Assembly (NCBI RefSeq): GCF_011745625.1
Contig: NW_027191455.1
Span: forward strand, 744,001-808,000
DNA length: 64,000 nucleotides
From: Cladosporium halotolerans
Lineage: Eukaryota
Direction: 5' to 3'
The first letter of the stretch is position 1. Each line of letters begins with the position of its first letter. Positions 61,411-64,000 of this stretch are shown here, piece after piece. The translations under genes and the position numbers were made by a program. The notes under the pieces are model-generated. The model did not search any database and was not told the origin of the DNA. It saw only the letters and a list, made by a program, of their open reading frames with translations.

Positions 61411-63298
61411 GGTGATGGATGCGGCCAAGCGGCTGCTTTATGATGGGGGTAAGGAGAAGGGTGGGATGATTCCTTGGGGTGGTCGCGAGCGAGGCTCAGC
61501 AGCACCTCCAAGATCACACGAGCAGGAAGGACCAATGGGCTGCTGTGCCAGTGCTGGAGATACGGAAGGAGATAGCTGTGTGTAGCTGCTCCCCGCACGT
61601 CGTGGCGTGGCGATCAGGCCTGTTATGGGATGACTGCTGGCGGAATGAAAATGGCCTACCTGGTGGAGGGTGGCGGGCTCCGGCCCTTTATATAATGTTT
61701 GCGGCGCGCGACGGTGGAAGGGCGGCCTGGTCGATGCTAGGGCGTGCGTGCGAGACGAGCGCGCCCGTCACCCAGCAAAGGGCTGGAAAGGGTTCGAGTT
61801 GAGTCAACCTGACGGGCGAATTACGCCTCGATGCGCGCGATGCCTGCCAGACTCCGGGCGCGGGCCCGCCAATGCGCACGCCGCCGCTTCCCCAGGCTCG
61901 CCAGGCTTGGAGCCCGCTGACGAGCCCACTCAGCCCTAGCGCCGCCCAGCAGCCGCCCACCATCGCCGCATCGCTGGATCTGCGCCGCTGCTCAGCTCAG
62001 CAACACCGACAACCACCACCTCCACTCCCGCTTTCGTGCCTGATCGCCCACAGGGCGCGCTGCGTGTAGAGCCAAGGGCGCATGCTTGATAATGTCCTTC
62101 TTTTTGCGCGCGCCCATTCTGCCTGCTGACCTGCCAACCCGCCCGTGACTCTGCGCGCCGCCAGCATGTGACGCCGTCCGTTCGCCTGCCACCCACCGCC
62201 CTCCACCGCTCGCCAGGCCTGTTGCGGCAGGCGAACGCGCGTTGGTGCGCGTGTATAGCAATCGCTCACGAGCGTGTGTCATCGCCGTCGCATAGGTCAG
62301 GGCCAACCGGGGCAATAACAGCGCGGGTGGATCTCAACAAAACGCCATGCCGCCGTCTGCTTTCCCCATGAAGTCTGGCGCTCACACCGAACGCCGTACC
62401 ATCAGCGGGCAGAAACTTCTCGCGCTCCGCAGAACCCACGTGGGCGCGCTCTGTCGCCTCTCCGCCCGGCGCTGCCTCGTCGGCATACCGGTTCAGGCGT
62501 GCGGAGGAGGCGTCGAGAGCGCCTCGTTCCCCTGCCTCGACTCAGCGGCGTGGCACGGCTCTCGCTGCCGGACGCCATCGTGAAGGCATCGTGACGGGCA
62601 CGTCCTCGCCATCTCCCGCCCGCCGCACGCCATCGTCACACTATACCGCTGCCTCGCTGGCTTTCTCCCCCTCCAGCCTTGCTTCGGGGTGCGCGCGCAC
62701 CGCGGAGTTGGTACCTTGGCAAAGCCAGCGCCCAACACCGTTGTACTACCGGCACAGGGCCGCCGTCGCGGCTTTTCTCTGCAAACAGCCTTCTCGTGGG
62801 ACATTCTTAGAGAGGCGAACGGACTCCGGTGCGGCTTGCTCGTCGACGCCGTCGCGGAGCTCGCCACTCTGCCCGACATCGGTAGATTATTACCCCAGAG
62901 TCGAGGCCCTGAAGGCTCTTTCGTGCCAGACTCCGCACCCTCGCCGATCAGGAAATCGAATGCGACGGCCCTACTGTCCGTACCCTCACGAGCTTCGTGT
63001 TCGCGACGATGCTATTCACAGCATCCGTCGTCGTCGCCGTCGTCTGCCTTGCTCAGGGCAGGGCGAAAATCCCTTCCCCGAGTTTTTCGTCATTCCCGAC
63101 GGCAGACTTCGCTCCCGCAGCGAGTCAATCGCGCCTCCCGCGCAGGTATCCCCGTCATGTACTTTTCCTCTCACCTTGATGACAACGATGGCGTGACTCC
63201 CAAACTCCAACCATGCATGAAGCACCCGTCGATCACCAGGCCGTGATCCGTAAGCCAACTCCGTCACACCGCACTCTAAATCGCGAGTCTGTTACCAG

Positions 63299-63327
63299 TC
63301 AATCAATCAATCACTCAATCAATCAAT
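63299..63327 (+). repeat. (TCAA)n microsatellite, imperfect
   Basis: tcaatcaatcaatcactcaatcaatcaat. Confidence 0.8.
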
Positions 63328-64000
63328 GAGTGGTGATTTGACCCCCAGCCATCACAGTCGCTCCATCAGCGAGTGGTATAGACGTTGCGCTGCGCCCGGC
63401 AGATCTGCCTGCCCTGCGCGGCTAAGAATTTCCTAGGGCGACGACCGCGGGAGTGTGCTCGACGGGCAGGACCCACAAAGCTTGGCGCTACTGAGGCCCC
63501 AGGCATGCATGCAGGATACCTTAAGTTCACTTCAAGGCTTGGTTTTGCGTGCTATAGGCGCGTCGCGAGAGTGGTTGGTGGCCGTTTGGAAAAAAGCTCG
63601 TCGGTGCTCACCGCTGAATGTCGTTGCGACGACTTGCGCATTGGTGGAGGGATTTCCTCGAAATGTTTTCCGTTGCGGGCGCGCAAAGACTTTCCTGAAG
63701 AGGCAAGTTGGCTGACGCGGGTTTACCTCACTTGGTAATGATGGAGGCTCGACGTGATTTCCATTCTGGGTGCAAGGGAGCATGATGAGCTGAGGCAAAT
63801 CGTGGAAGTAGTCTTGAGAGTAAACAATCGGCATGAATTCCTTTCTACAAACACACGGACACACGCGGAGAGCGACCCACCGTCGTCATACCGTGATTAG
63901 AGACGCGGTCCCAGTCTTACACTGCGGACCATCCCCATCCTGGTGTGATTATGGATAGGGCCCCGGTCCAATTTTTTACTGTACACCGTAACCAGAAACC

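Noticed and set aside
60127..61443. 438-aa plus-strand ORF
   Set aside because: Antisense to the arrestin-like gene.

Overview
This is fungal (filamentous ascomycete) genomic DNA: short GT-AG introns with CT(A/G)AC branch sites and an intron-containing tRNA. Dothideomycete affinity is an inference from gene content. About 20 protein-coding genes are supported: an ENA-type P-type ATPase, a ~2,076-aa NACHT/NLR-like protein, a SAM methyltransferase, a Gfo/Idh/MocA oxidoreductase, a DUF3292-like membrane protein, F-box and BTB proteins, a PPR protein, a kinesin, a Con7-like C2H2 transcription factor, DBP2, a THI20-like HMP kinase/TenA fusion, an LRR protein, Rad9 (9-1-1 clamp), an RCC1-repeat ATS1-like protein, an atypical Rab, a MAPEG protein, a small SnoaL-like protein, an Ark1/Prk1 kinase and an arrestin-like protein. 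There is also one tRNA-Ala(TGC). No transposon or CRISPR array is evident. The most interesting unexplained signals are non-coding: (1) a ~1.4 kb densely base-paired region between the kinesin and Con7 genes (candidate long structured RNA); (2) a multi-hairpin structure in the large DBP2 intron; (3) an in-frame, CDK-site-rich optional intron in the kinesin motor domain; (4) a recurring telomere-like 15-mer, CCAACCCTAACCCTA, at nearly the same distance upstream of two adjacent genes. All intron boundaries and pairings were read by eye; nothing was computed or searched.
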